Source: Amoeboaphelidium protococcarum X5
Taxonomy: Eukaryota > Fungi > Aphelidiomycota
Direction: 5' to 3'
DNA length: 64,000 nucleotides
NCBI GenBank assembly: GCA_023515725.1
Contig: JALDTO010000266.1
Span: forward strand, 1,695,608 to 1,759,607
This document shows, piece after piece, positions 1 to 13,448 of the stretch. Within the stretch, counting starts at the first letter, position 1. Each line of letters starts with the position of its first letter. Below the pieces are notes generated by a model, which saw only the letters and a list, made by a program, of their open reading frames with translations, did not search any database and was not told the origin of the DNA. The position numbers were made by a program, and so were the translations under genes.

Positions 1-2016
1 GTGAGCGATGCTACCGTTCAAGAGTAATATCTTATAGCTGGACGATCATTTATAACTCTCAGCATTATAGATCTTTCATCCGTCGTTTAGGAAGCAAAAG
101 CATAAGAGTTTTACGATTTATTTTTGGTTGCTGATGACGGTAATCTATCATAGGTGGTGATTTAACTCGGCGATGATTAATTTGAGAATGATGAGAGTTT
201 TGCCATTAATTAGTATCAAGCAGTAGACAAGACTAAGTTTAGTAGACGATTTTATCTACTTGATACCGTTAGTGGATTGGATTCACGCGATTAGCTGAAA
301 TATGTCAGATATGCTCAAGATGTTTAACTGATTGTACCTATTGCCCAGGATAATAAGATCATCACGCCTATATTGAAGATCAGCTATGGAACGAGACTTG
401 TGTCATAATTATAAAGGAATGATAGCACTTAAATTTCCAAGCCATCTGCACGATTCTGGGTAGTTTATTGCTCTGCAACATCTTATTTTTGGTATCAGAT
501 TGGTATAGCAGTGATTGTTATTTCAATATTGCTCTTCTTCTACTGGTCTCGTGCTATATAGATTTGGAATAGAAAGAATTCTCTTGGTTCTGAAGGATCG
601 TCTCTATATGTGATATTCGGCTGGATTGCCATTGGATGTTAGTATCTTGGCTGTATTCTGATCTTCTTTATGTCTGCGGTGACCTATTACTGGTATCTAG
701 AATTCAAGGTGTACTAGCAGATAACTTCTACTGTCCCTTCTGATTCTTATAGCATATATACATTTTATACATCTCTGTACACTGGCTTGATCTGTATGAT
801 TGTCGCGGTATTGTTTTAATTGCATCTGCAATTTAATAGTTCAATATTTTTGATGGATTGGGAAAAGTCACATCAATAAGTAGCTAAGTAATAATAAAAG
901 CAGACTGCAGATGACAGATCTAAGTAAGGAGATACTGTAAGTATGTGGAGACGAGTGGCTATAGCAAGAGAGCTTGTGCGATTAGTCGGAACGCGCAAAA
1001 CCTCATTGGTATTGACACTTGTGATATTAATTGCATTCGATCAAGGTGCTAAGTGGGGAGATAAAGCTTGTCTTATGCCATCCACTGATGCGTGCAAGTA
1101 CTCTCCGTTCAGTCCGATATTAATGTTTGCTATCGTCAGCTTTATTTGGCTCATGATTGAAGTGTGTCAATTGTTCATTAAATGTGCTGTTGTGGATCGA
1201 TTAACACCTGATCCTTTACTGAACCTGATGGATACAAGTTCTCTGGCCAATATTAGCATTTTTATAATGAACTGTCCATATCATGGGTACTATCTGCATG
1301 GAAAATCTGTGCATTAATTGGCAGACGTTGACTTTCAGTAGTTTAAGGATTATCTGCTTAAAGAATAGAATGCCGTGATGGATCGCAGAGGATTGGGCAA
1401 CACAGATTATCAGTAGTTTGAAGTATTTATCAACGGTGCTTTCTAGCAGACATATTTCTAACTGCTGAATGCCCTATAAATGAACAGAGGCGACGTTTAT
1501 CAGAATCGTTCAGCTGCCGCGAGAGGTCAACTGTTAGAGGAAAGTAAGACTATTTCATCCGTTGATGAGTCGCAACCATTAGCTGAGCGTTAAGCTGACG
1601 CGTCAACACTCAAGAAAGCAGATCCTTATCAGAGCATTAATAAGTTGTTGTGTAACTTTGTACAGAATAAGATTAAAGGTGTGAGTAGAGTATTGGTTAA
1701 GAGAACGCTGTGGAATCGCCTACTAGGAACTATTCCATTATTTGGTCAAGACAATGCTTTCATAGCCGTGGACGATGAAGGTATAAAATATGCATCAACA
1801 TTTATAAGAGGAATGGAGTTTTTATTGAACGTTCTCTACTTTTACATTTACATCTCACTCTATCTGGCCACGAGTAGTATTTACACAAATGGTGAAGTCT
1901 GGCTGCCTGTGCTTATAGTGTTCTTGGTGGACTAAGCAATAGTATCCATACGGAGATACGCCATGAGAAAGTCATTGTCCATTCACAGCCTTATAGATGA
2001 ACGATTTCTATTTTGA
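1..2016 (+). CDS. TMEM67: Meckelin (ciliary transition-zone membrane protein), 5'-truncated by window edge
   Basis: Frame 1 is open from position 1 to TGA 2014-2016 with TAR=Gln. Motifs RRFYLLDTVSG, IFLMDWEK, VSMWRR, YHGYYLHGKSVH..ADVD and C-terminal SLIDERFLF match meckelin/MKS3; multiple TM segments. Confidence 0.88.
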
Positions 2017-4565
2017 TGAGTAATGTTCCCATTTATCGCTGTCCTCTTTGCATTAATTGATATTGTGTACTCTAATATATCTTGATTTAACTCGCGTTGC
2101 AGATCTGAGACTAACTCTTTTAGATTGGCCTTCTAGCCTGAGAAGGTTGTACAAAACACAGCTAGTTAAACTTGTTAACTTTTAGAGACTGCATTGATCT
2201 TGATAAGATATTACATAAACTTTATACACGCCAAACCAGCAACAAATTGTTACGAATGAACGTCCACCTTACCTTGAAGACACCATATCATGTTCACAAT
2301 CTTTGGGATAACATCATCTTTGACGCGCTTTAACTACAAATTTCTAGTGTTTTGGAGGAATCTCTGTAGGTATTGACACACAATCTAAATGGAGTTAGAC
2401 TACTAATCGTCCAACATCTCCAAAAGGTACGGCCACCATAACTCCAACATTGCGACATTCTCCGGATCATTAAGAATATCAATTCCGACAAAACAAATTT
2501 TCAATGCAGCCAGTCTGACCGCAAACTAGTCATGACATAGGAAATCAACTAACGAATCTATTATCTATCTAGCAGCTGCTTCATCAGCAGTAAAAAGCTT
2601 TTCATTATCTTGAGTGATTTCATATTCATCTTTATCATCAGGATCTATTGCATATTAAGAATCAGAGTGTACTTTTTACTCTGCGACCCAACGCAATACA
2701 GACGCAGATGCACAAGGGTACTTAATGATTAACTGCGAGACTTGATCCTCTACGCTTCTGTCATATTAAGAACGTCCGCTATGAGTGCTTTTACATTGAT
2801 TATTAACGACCAATACAATACACTCCTAAAAGAACGAGAGTGACACCAATATCTCTTCAACGTCAGTAACAGACTTTCTGAGGCGACTCAAAACCGACGA
2901 GATAAGTATAGAAGAATACTACAAAAATTAGGAGCCAACTAACTATATCCAACCAGTCATAATTGACAAAGATTTAACAATAGATTGACTATGCCTGAGA
3001 TCCACAACTAGAACGTTCATAATCTCATTGCGGAATTCTTAAAGAAGTTATGCAATGCTTTAATCGCTATCCTCTAAATTCCCAACACTTTGATAGCAGC
3101 TAGATATTGACTTGACACAGTCCGTAAAATGATTCTGCAGAGAGTATAACAATACACGAGCAGTTACTTGCTTTTACTTGATATCACCTCTCTCTAAGTT
3201 ATCATAGATTCTGCAAATCAATTATGCACAGTACAGCTAGTCATCAACAACATTCTCAGCAGCTGTAGAAGATACTAATAAACTCGACAAGTCTTCAAGC
3301 AATCTCAACTTCAGATGCAGCGGCAAACGAGGGACGACCGCACATAGAGTGATTATCACAGCACTTCTATTCTGGCAATATATAGCATTCAATCTATCCA
3401 GCAATGGCATAACTAAAGAATACCAATCCACATACTGAATGAATTAATCCAGTGCCAACTCCAAGTCGGCAGAGTTGAAATTCTAAAATTGAATACAGGA
3501 CGCGCCTCTCAATAAGGTATTATCTTCAGATTGCACTTTCTATTGCCTAGATGGAGTATACAGAAACATAATACCGTCTAGGACCATATCAGCCGGGACT
3601 GTGTTGGTTTCTGTCAAATTACAAAGGCCATTCGTTTTATTGATGTACATCACTCTCTTCTCATCATCCACCGAATAACATACACCATTAAATTCCAATA
3701 GCATATTTGCCAACAATCGATTCAAAGGCTTTAACGACAGACGATCAATAATCTACTACTTAAAATCATTATTATACTACGGAGATGTATTCAAATTCTT
3801 GAAGGATGATGATGACATTAGATGAGTGTATGCATGAACAATCAAACTGGTGACGCGAACTCTGCTTTACTCACAATTAACTAATGCCGCATAACAAGGT
3901 AGAAACTATTCAATAATAGACTAAGCAATAGTGGAGGACTCTTACAACACCGCCTAGTCAACTCTGTCTAATACATGACATAATTTCTAATCAATGGACG
4001 TGTCATCTTTAGATATGTATCTTCCACCACGACTTATTACAGTGGCGATAACCAGAGTGGCCATCTTTTTCATACTCAAGTGTACTTGACTTAACAACTT
4101 TACCATCGCAGACAGTATACCAGGCATAATCTTTATCATTTCTTATTCATCTAATCTGCAGAGGAATTTAGACAATAACAAAAATCCATCGATTCTTATT
4201 TACAGAGCAAGACGCGTATTTACACCAACCACTAAGAGCTAGGACACTGCATACACTTGCAATTTCTACTAAATGACTTTAGAGTACCTCTCCTACTGCA
4301 TACCTATAATCTAAATAAGAAGTTTAAGACATTAATCGATAATTTATTCATTTATTTATAATGATGTATCAGACAAGAGATTGAGACAAGTTACCAAGTA
4401 CTATTGTTCTAATCCATAGATATACTACACTGGTTAATCAAGGACCAGATTGAATACTTGCACGGCCATTTATTCATTCTTATTAACGATGCTCTATTAA
4501 AATTAAGCATAAACAGCTCTTGCGATATTCAATTACAAAGCTTAATCTTAATCTTCAGCTGTCAT
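1983..4565 (-). CDS. TTI1: TEL2-interacting protein 1-like HEAT-repeat protein (~860 aa)
   Basis: Table-6 frame from ATG 4565 to TGA 1983-1985; both ends read manually and the internal track ORFs share this frame. Helical/HEAT composition; motifs IMPGILSAMVKLL and LWWPYLLEML resemble Tti1. Confidence 0.65.
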
Positions 4566-4726
4566 TTCAAGACGTGATTTAATGTTTTGCTTCGATACGG
4601 AAGACGAGTGAAGGGTAAAGAAGAGAGAGAGAGAGAGATCAAAGAGGTATTAAAGGCATAAGAACATATTCACTTAACTCTCGAAGAAATAAACAGTTCA
4701 ATTTATTCAATTTTCATGAAAAAAAA

Positions 4727-5884
4727 TCACCGATTTCTAGTATGACGGTCAGCAACTTGACTAAGATGCTATTACCGTGCAGCCTTATCGAGTTCTTATT
4801 ACTTTCGCTGCAGATCAGCTTTGAGTTCCATCTCGGAGCGAGCGTGTTTATCCGCAATGTACAACGCTTCACTGAACTTAGAGAATTTATCGCTGACTTT
4901 CACCTGCTACAGCTCCTTTTATAGATTCTATCCAGCTAATCGTTTCTCTAGAGAAATCACCTGACCGCCAACATTCTTCCAATTAGAGACCGCTGCAGGG
5001 ATGTTCCACTGATCGCGAATCTATTTCTACTCCTCTTTACTCTTGGCATCCCATGTTACGCTTGCTGGAGTATGTAAAACTGGAGCATTATCCTCTTCCT
5101 ACCTAATCATGTCGCGCTTCTTAATCCTAAATCGCGGTGGTTCAAGTGGATCTACCGGAGCTTCCACAATTCGGACAATTCTCTACTTTATTCCCAGCTG
5201 TTTATCAGTTATAGCGGGAGTATATTTTACAAACTGATCCTTCTACGACTTGACCACAGCTGATGGATTCGTGGCCTTGGCTCTATCTTACATGCGCTAC
5301 TCAATCGCATACTGGGTACGCTGAGCCACCGCCATAGCCTCTTCCTCAGTGGGCCGCCGTAGAGATTGTTATGCATCCACACTGGTGAGCGACTATAATG
5401 GTTTAGCATCCTATAGAGAGGTCTTGTTAAGCGATAGTTACAGATTTTACGAATTACTACTAATTTAGGAAACTGACTACTAATCAGCACCACCTCGATA
5501 CATCAACTGCATATTGCCTTCAGTATCTATACGCACGGGTAGAGTTTCACCTTTCCTCTTCAGTCCTTTTCTCTTACGGCCCATATTTAGAGGATACTGG
5601 GCGAGCATAATCTCTGGATACGCTCCACCATCTCCAAAATCACTCTACTATTCAGGTTTCCAATTTGCTCTATTTGGGTATCGCGGTATAATCCGATCTT
5701 GCTCAATAACAGATTCTTTATCCTACCGTTACAGCTAATCAGATAATTTCTACTTCTTCCACTACTATTAATTGCTTTATACGGAAGATTATGCTTCAGA
5801 AGAGCGACGTGGACTATGATCATCCATACCGGTAGTCACAAGCTTCGATACAGGGGAGGGGATGCTAGCAGACTTGAACGGCAT
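4727..5884 (-). CDS. PRP45: SNW/SKIP spliceosomal protein (Prp45), 385 aa
   Basis: [70 protein letters not shown] 5884 to TGA 4727-4729. Confidence 0.95.
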
Positions 5885-6137
5885 TATACTAATAGATATG
5901 TTTTTATTCGCGCAGACCTTCGTAGATTAATAAGCTGATACAAAATATTATTTTCAATCTAACACTATGATTTTTTTAAGTATGGGGTCCAACCAAACTC
6001 TACGCGGTATTTTAATTGATCAGCAACAAAAAGAGAAAAGATGTGCGAGCGAGTTCTTTCTCTCATTGCAACCTGTCGTGGCAACGGAGACAAAGACGAA
6101 CATCGCCACACGTATTATCATCTACAAAAAAATAACA

Positions 6138-7330
6138 ATGTAAAGTTTGTAGATATAGTATCGAGATAATTATTAATGCTCAATGTATTTATTTTCACAT
6201 TGTCAAGTTTCAGCAACTGATTGTTAATATTCACACGCTCTTCAGCATGATGATTAGCATCAAGTCACTCCAATTCTGTCATACGGATGCTTGAATTCAA
6301 AACATTCTCTTCCTCCTAATCAAGCTACTGTACTTCTGCAGGTCTAAATCTACGACATCTAAGGATTCTTAAGCACTAGCATCACAATTAACGGATCCGG
6401 GCTAATGCTGAAGCTAATCGTCACGCTAAAACATAGTGCAAGGACCAGCATTATCACCATGATCGATAAACTGTGGCAATGCACTGTCACCACCTTCGCG
6501 ATTAAAACTTCATTTAGCAAGCTGTACAGGTTAAGAAGTTTATAAAGCTTAAACCCAGGAGCATTAGTCTCTCGCGATGGTGGACATTTGCCAGAATATT
6601 AGAGCATCGCTTCTCTAATATCACCTTGTTCACGCAGCCGACTACCGGGTCGAAGTCTGCGAGGCTAAACGAACGAACGAACGACGACGGCGATTCAGTG
6701 GGTTTCCTTTCATGCCCACCACAACTTGGTGCAGAGTGAGTGATACTATAGCACTTGCAACAGGCGAGCGCGAAATCATAATATCAGACAGACAGCATGC
6801 ATCCCTTCTTCTCATTAAATAAGTATGAATCGCTTACTACTACCACTCTATCGGTACAGTGCCGACATGGCATCACTATGATTCGATTCAGACAGAAGAG
6901 GATTCAAACGGAACAATTGATACATGTTATAGCGCCCTTAAGGCATTGGTAGAGATACAGCACTGACTGAGCATACGCAATGTGTGGCAGGATGTTCCGG
7001 ATTCTTACAGACTGAGCATAGATGAAGTTGAAGGCACGGAGCGTACAGTTAGAGACATCTGGGAATTAATCGCAGTCTTGGTAGTTCAACTGATGCGAAT
7101 CATGCACACGAGGACATCTTTCTGTATTGTTACACTCTGAACACAAGCCCAACACACTGTGCTCCAGGGAAGGTTTACTGTGCATTGAGTTAGTGAGTGA
7201 GCGGCTTGGGTTGATCGCGCATGATCATCCTCGAACTTACCAACAATCTCAATGGGTGGCGTTTTAGAGTTTAGGCACAACGACATCATTGTTGGACCTC
7301 GAAGTCCTGACGAAAAGTAATTAACAACAT
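6138..7330 (+). pseudogene. Probable decayed gene beginning with a CCCH zinc finger
   Basis: ATG 6138 gives C-x7-C-x6-C-x3-H (CSMYLFSHCQVSATDCQYSH). Downstream coding-like segments switch frames and contain TGA. Confidence 0.25.
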
Positions 7331-7377
7331 CGCGACTTAAAGAGTAATTAAATCTATATATAAATAATGATACCATT

Positions 7378-8832
7378 TCAACAACTTTCACAATCTGAAG
7401 ACAGCAGGTAATGTGTCTAGAAGTGATCGTGAGCAGACTCTTCTCGACTAAGCGCATCAGCCGCGATACCAGCAGGAAAATCATCATCACTATTATTACA
7501 AGAATTATTCTCTTGCTCATCTGAGCTTGTCGCTGGTTCAATAAATTCAGCCAACTCTTGCACTCTCACCTCTTGATATAAAAAAGTTCCATCTTCTGCC
7601 TCACCACACTTGAAACGTGGGGTGATTAGCTCTACAATCTAGAAATCTTCGTGCTCATCTTCACTGCATTCACCAGTATAACCATCCAAATCGTCCTCTT
7701 AATTATTTCGACGCGTTCTTTTAGTTGGCTTTACCTTATCAATGCTATCCGGAATGGCCTTTAAAGATCGCTTCCTCGAAGATTTCAAAATCTATGACTA
7801 CTTCAGCGGAGTTTGAGGGACATTTGCAGCAACATCCTTTGGGATACGCGACATCTATACTTTCAACCTCTCAGATGGCTTTCTTAATAAGCAGATAATG
7901 AGCGCCTTCACCAATCGCTCACCGATAGGCTCTGATGCATTAGCGCCATCCTCCTCTGTAAATGGATACGTAAATACTTCATTCCGTGCATCATTTTCAA
8001 CAAAGATTTTAAAGCGTTCCGAGTTGAGTAAAAAAATTGGAGCATGCAGAGTGTACAAAGCGGCAAACACCTGAGCAGTCCTAGAATCTTGATACCAATG
8101 TTGATGGACAGGAAATGCAGTGCGACTTTTCAATTCTGTACCAAAAAAAGTCAACGAATCACAATTATAATCTTGGAAGCAAACGTCCATACAAGATTGA
8201 TAATCATACTCAGGCTTGGCCATGATGCCCCCTATACGAGTTTTTCGTTCTGCTGATGGAATTGCTGCAACTTAGAGAATTGAAGCTATCGCACCTACCA
8301 ACATTGACAAAGCATTATTAATATTAGCTTCAGAATCAGCCCTGCGTAGAACTGTCAGATGCAATTAGACCATTTAATTATCCTTGACCATTAACCAGCA
8401 ATCATTCCAGACCTAGCGAGAAACCTTGAGCATAGCTGCCAACATATCAAGCCCGTCATCCTGGCAGCCCAGCGGTTGAACATTTCTATACAGCGCTGGA
8501 TGAAATATAACATGCTTTAACTTGGATGCATGCGGATTAACAATTACAAGAGTCTATTACTCTTAGTCACGACGGTCCGCACACGAAACCACTTTAACAG
8601 AAGCTTTTTCAATAAAATCATGGAGCTTAATACAGTGAGACTAAATTAGATCTTTCATAGGAGTTTTTACATTCTGCTCCAAATTATCATCAGCATCATC
8701 TTCAACATAGTCAAGAATATCAACGGTTGATCCAGATCTAGAGGAATTTTCCTCAATGTAAGCACTTGGCACCACTCGAACTTCTAATGGCAATGACGCG
8801 TCAAGACTCTGATTGAATGTAGGCATAGACAT
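7378..8832 (-). CDS. Hypothetical 484-aa protein with possible PD-(D/E)xK nuclease-like core and acidic tail
   Basis: Uninterrupted table-6 ORF from ATG 8832 to TGA 7378-7380, joining track ORFs 8641-8832 and 7855-8223. Contains MDVCF..FFGTELKS (D...ExK) and WYQDSRTAQVFAALY. Confidence 0.75.
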
Positions 8833-9239
8833 GAGACGCGTTAATTACGTAATTAAAAATAAGCAGTAGTATAAAATGAAGAAATGTCTTGACGCAGTAG
8901 AAGATTTTGAGTTTATCACTGTAGTGGAATTAGTGAAACGGCAGTAAACAGGTTTCTGAAAGCGTCGTAAAAAAGAGCAATTGAAGACAACGTGATTTTG
9001 AAATTACGGCATACATGTTGTTGTGCTAAGACGCGTTTTTATTAAGTCTCAGCCCTGGGAGTAGGATGGATATTATAATATTATAAAATTCAGATTTTCA
9101 TTTCAGTCACATAGTATCAACGCGTGCATAAGGCGGTCAAAGTCAAGGTTTACTGATCTAAAGAGTGCAGTCATTAACTCGTGTGAAACAGTCAAAAGTG
9201 GTATTAGTAAAGACTGTGACAAGTATCGAACGTAGATAA

Positions 9240-9900
9240 TGCATGTAAACACCCCAATGAGGAAACCTGCCAAAACTTACAGAGATGTATGGTAATTCAA
9301 GTATACTCTACACACTAATATCCAAGTTTGTACCATAATAATCAGATTAAGTGTTAGTGTTTTGCTACAGCTATAAAGCCTTACCGAGAATAGCACACCA
9401 ACAAACTGATGCTTCCATAAAACATCACGCGAAGTATACTGCACACGAAACTAGTACGTGATATAGTGGATCGATTCTCATCTTTTAGATTTAATATGCC
9501 AACACTAAAGTTCATTTACAAGAGAGCAAACATAAGCCAGAATGCCATATACTGCGCATGACTGGAAGGCATTCCAAATCCATCGTGTCTCTTCATGGCT
9601 CCCATCGAAAGCGATGATGGAGGAGAACTATGGGAAGCAACATTCACAACCACAGCGAAAATATTCTCGTCAACCTGAAGAATCAGCGAATGGAAAGTCT
9701 GGACGTGGTGCTTGTATATGTGTTTACGCGCGTAGTTGACAACTTCATTCAAGATCAAGCCAATTAGTCATTGCAGCATGTTCATAGATGGTCGCACTGT
9801 CAGGCATGAGAACACGAGATGAAACATGTACCAGATGGGGAATAGCGAAGACACTCCCATGATTACAGAAATAGTAAATGTATCAGGAATTTACACTTGA
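9240..9900 (+). mobile_element. Degenerate Mutator-like (MULE) DDE transposase fragment
   Basis: Frame-broken segments LTEMYGNSSILYTL / HNNQIKCQCFA (cf. MULE DxNNQIxPLAFA) and TMGSNIHNHSENILVNLKNQRMESLD (cf. TSNxxESxNxxLKxxR). Several frameshifts and TGA. Confidence 0.4.
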
Positions 9901-10161
9901 AACAACTCCATTTTGACTTAACTTTTAGATTCGAATATTCCGAGAGTTTTCACCATCCTTAATCTCTTGAGAACGCAGTTCCGACCTGTCCGTCCACCTT
10001 TTTATCCTCAACATCCTTTCAAGTATATTTGATACTTTGGGCGGTCTAAAGTTTGTTTGTTTGTTTGTTTATTTATTATTATTATTATTATTATTATATA
10101 GTAGAGTAGTAGTAGTAGTTTAGAATAAGAATATTTCTTGCTTGGGTTTGTCATTATTGGA

Positions 10162-10599
10162 ATGGATACTGGCGGTGAATCGATAGATGGATAGGACATT
10201 GTTCCTGACTAGACGATGATGTCTGTGAGTCCGGGTGGAGCTGACATCTCTTCATAACCCGCTACTCTTTCCAACGTTTAAGATCCTAGAGGAGATGCAG
10301 TCTTAAATAAGGACAATAATGAGCTTAGCATGGAACAAAGGATGATGCCAAATCAATAATTAGACTCTAGTGATGACATGGAGGTGGAGACAATTGACGA
10401 TGACACTGTTATAGTGAAAGATGATGATCAGACTGATGGTCGGTAAGAGAACACTTTATGGTCTTAAATGCTCTCTGCTGGTCCTGGCACTTTATCTGCT
10501 AATGGTCAATCTGCTTTGGGCACATGGAATGTGAATGAATTATTCCGAATGGGGTTCGCTGATCAGAATACTCAAGTTGGTATAATAACAAAAAGCTGA
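10162..10599 (+). CDS. Acidic low-complexity hypothetical protein (145 aa); may be the tail of the upstream relic
   Basis: Table-6 ORF from ATG 10162 to TGA 10597-10599, D/E/Q-rich. Confidence 0.4.
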
Positions 10600-10826
10600 T
10601 ATTAACTTGCGAGGCATTTGTGGAGGAAAAAAATTTAAAAAAATAAACAAAATAAGTGCGGAGAGCTATGTCTGAAGTCTGAGTGACAATGCTTACATAT
10701 ATATATATATTGAATTCAACAAGTAAATATCAATAATGAGTATAATAAGCGAATGCTTTGAGTGAACGCGTAATCTTGTACAACGTTTTAAGAGTATTAA
10801 CATTAATACTTCATATACTAAAGTCA

Positions 10827-11999
10827 TCATACGTTCTGACCATTCTACAATCCATCAATGTTACCATAGTAGAAATTAATGTTGGGATAATTGCCATCAG
10901 CCTCAGATCCACCTCCATACTTTAATTTAGATTATGAAATGCCCTGTTTAGATCTACAATCCACAATGATGGAAAGTTGATCATTAGAATTGCTACTACT
11001 ACTGTTAGATCCATCTTCATAACGTCTACTCTGTAATAAAACAGACAGGTAATGTTCATCAGCGACAGAGCGGCGATTCTTCGCACCTGACAATGGCTGA
11101 CTTGAACGCGACAATACAGCTTATGAATGCGGATGTGCATACACTATATGAGGCACTTTACCATGTTACCGAAACTCTGACGCCTGCTTCAATTGATCAT
11201 CTTCTACACTGGCAGGTACTATTAGACTAGACGGGAGACATGAAGACACTTCAAATTGGGAATTAACTAGAGACTGTCGGAACTTTTAAGGATTATAATC
11301 AGAAGTCATCTTTGAATCTCCCAATTTGAACATTTTCTAATCAAAATTGCTTTGATGAACTTGCTTGTACAGATGCACGTACTATCTACCAATTTAATTC
11401 TGCATAGATAGCAAGGCGTTGTACTTGTGATACGCTTCATTGAGATCATTGTCAGTCTGGAACTTTAAACAAAATCGCTCCATAGATTTACATCTAATCG
11501 CCAGCGTACACTCTTCCTATCTCAACACCACACTCAAGTTGGTATGAAGAATCTACAATAGGATCATCAATTAAATAAATAAAAGATTTTGAAGATTTAT
11601 AAGAGCAATATTACTCTAATCAAAGGCTAAGAACTTTCGCTGAGGGAGATCACTTCCACGGTCGAGTAGAAGGATTCAATGGTCAGAGTTGCCTGATAAT
11701 ACATACAATCATCGTTCCCACATTGGAGTGTAATTGTATACTTTTTATTCTCCATTGCAATTTTTTTCAATATGTTAATCGCTGATTCTTGTTCTCCTGC
11801 AGTCAGTTCTTGGAAAGAAAATGTGAGCAATGATCGCCTAAGGACTGAACTCTCGCTGTCTGTCTGCACGAGATACGAAAGAAGAGAAATCAACACTAAT
11901 AGGCTTAAAACGAGAAATGTGATTATGGTGCTGCTGATCTTCTGGCATTATAGTTTTTGATGGTACACGGATGGGGGTTGTGCTCTCTTGTCGCGTCAT
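10827..11999 (-). pseudogene. Myotubularin-related phosphoinositide phosphatase, frameshifted and truncated
   Basis: PH-GRAM-like LAIRCKSMERF; LPSSLIVPASVEDDQLKQASEFRQHGKVP; LSRSSQPLSG..RRSVADEHYL; IVDCRS..GGGSE. Intron 11553-11614. Frameshift near 11820. TGA 10827-10829 precedes the HCSDGWDRT active site. Confidence 0.75.
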
Positions 12000-12046
12000 C
12001 TAATCGCTCAAAGTACAGTACAGTACACTCTAATTGACGCCCAAGA

Positions 12047-12960
12047 TGGGTGGTAGTCAAGACAAGCAGGCCTATGTGCTAGGTATACAAATAATTCAAG
12101 AATTTATGTTCATGTTTGGATTATCTAGTCTTGTTAAAAGGTATAAGCTGAATAGGATGTCAGACTAACTTTGCTTTAAACGCGTACAAGAGAGGTAGAC
12201 GTTGATCTGATTGCAAAGGCTTAGCAGCAAAAGTTCAACACTTATGAGAAACCTGCTCCAACAACTAAGCCAACCAGTTTGGCGAATACAAGTCTTAGAA
12301 GTCGTCTTTTAGTGATTTCAACCTCAATTACTATTTCCGTGTCCCATTGTAGAGTAATGTCGGATAATATCAATTCAAGGATAATTATGGTTAAGGTTCA
12401 CTGTAGTTGCTACCACCGATCCTGCAGACGGTTATTACCCTGTTTAATTCGCACTTGTATGAACGGAGCAGGATTGACTTTGATGAACCAGAAGCATCCA
12501 CCATCGCATTGCATCGCGCCAGCCGTAAATCTTCTGCTGGCAGCTTTAAGTTAAGAAGAGTCACCTTACATAGAGTACTATAATGGTCTGGAGATCCGCT
12601 GGTGGACAAATTCGATGGACAGAGATTTTCAAATCGGATTAAGTAGCATAGTGCTACTCTAGAAATCATCAGATTCTCTGCACATTCTCTCTCAGAAGAA
12701 TTTGTCCGCGAGATTCTAGGAGTCACTTGGGCATTGTAGAATGTTAAGTGCATTACAGTCACTTTGTCCGACTGACTGCTTTCTTGGTAAAAAGAGTTGA
12801 AGTTTTGGAAATGGTGGCATGAACAAAGATGCATTTGATCTGCTATTACCTGCTGTCCCATATTCACATTCACAATGTCAACCGCGTGAACTCTCTCCAA
12901 CGCAGAATATACAACAATCAAAATAAAATAATTATTCTTTTAAAGGTTAGTGGCTTGATT
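12047..12960 (+). pseudogene. Possible decayed coding sequence of unknown family
   Basis: TGA-free stretch of about 175 codons (12248-12775) in table 6 with no in-frame start, flanked by segments in other frames. Confidence 0.2.
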
Positions 12961-13145
12961 AAAATTATAGATAAACTCTATTGTACTGTATATACAAAAA
13001 CTATACACAGAGCCACACTCTTTGTGAGCAAAACGGGCGCGTTAGGTAAAGTCTTTCGATGTGAAACAAAACATCAATTGTTAATTCACCGCAATACATT
13101 TTCACTCTAGTATTCCTTCATTGGATATCAATACTGCTTCAAAAT

Positions 13146-13448
13146 ATGTAGTGTCCGGAAACGTTTGAAGAAAGGTGTATGAGAATCGAGCAGAAACTAG
13201 ACGCGTTACTGACAAAGAATGCTATAGTGCTGAATGAGTATGCTTAAATATTCAAAGAGAATTAACAATTGAGGAAAGAAGTTGATCCAATAAAAAGGGA
13301 TGTTTCACAGCTCGCTGCTGATGTTAGAGGCATCCGAAGAAATAGGAGAGATTAATACCGCGCTATGACGAATTCTACTGCACCTCATGCTCTAATGCCT
13401 AAAGTGATGAAATCCGCTTCCTATCTCTTTAGATTTGTGACATTATGA
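13146..13448 (+). CDS. Small coiled-coil protein, paralog of 14127-14842 (possibly truncated)
   Basis: MQCPETFEERCMRIEQKLDA...KENQQLRKEVDPIKRDVSQLAADVRGI; shares IEQKLDA and the coil with the downstream copy. Confidence 0.55.

Noticed and set aside
12391-12921. 176-aa minus-strand ORF
   Set aside because: No recognisable motifs or ATG context; overlaps a more protein-like plus-strand relic.
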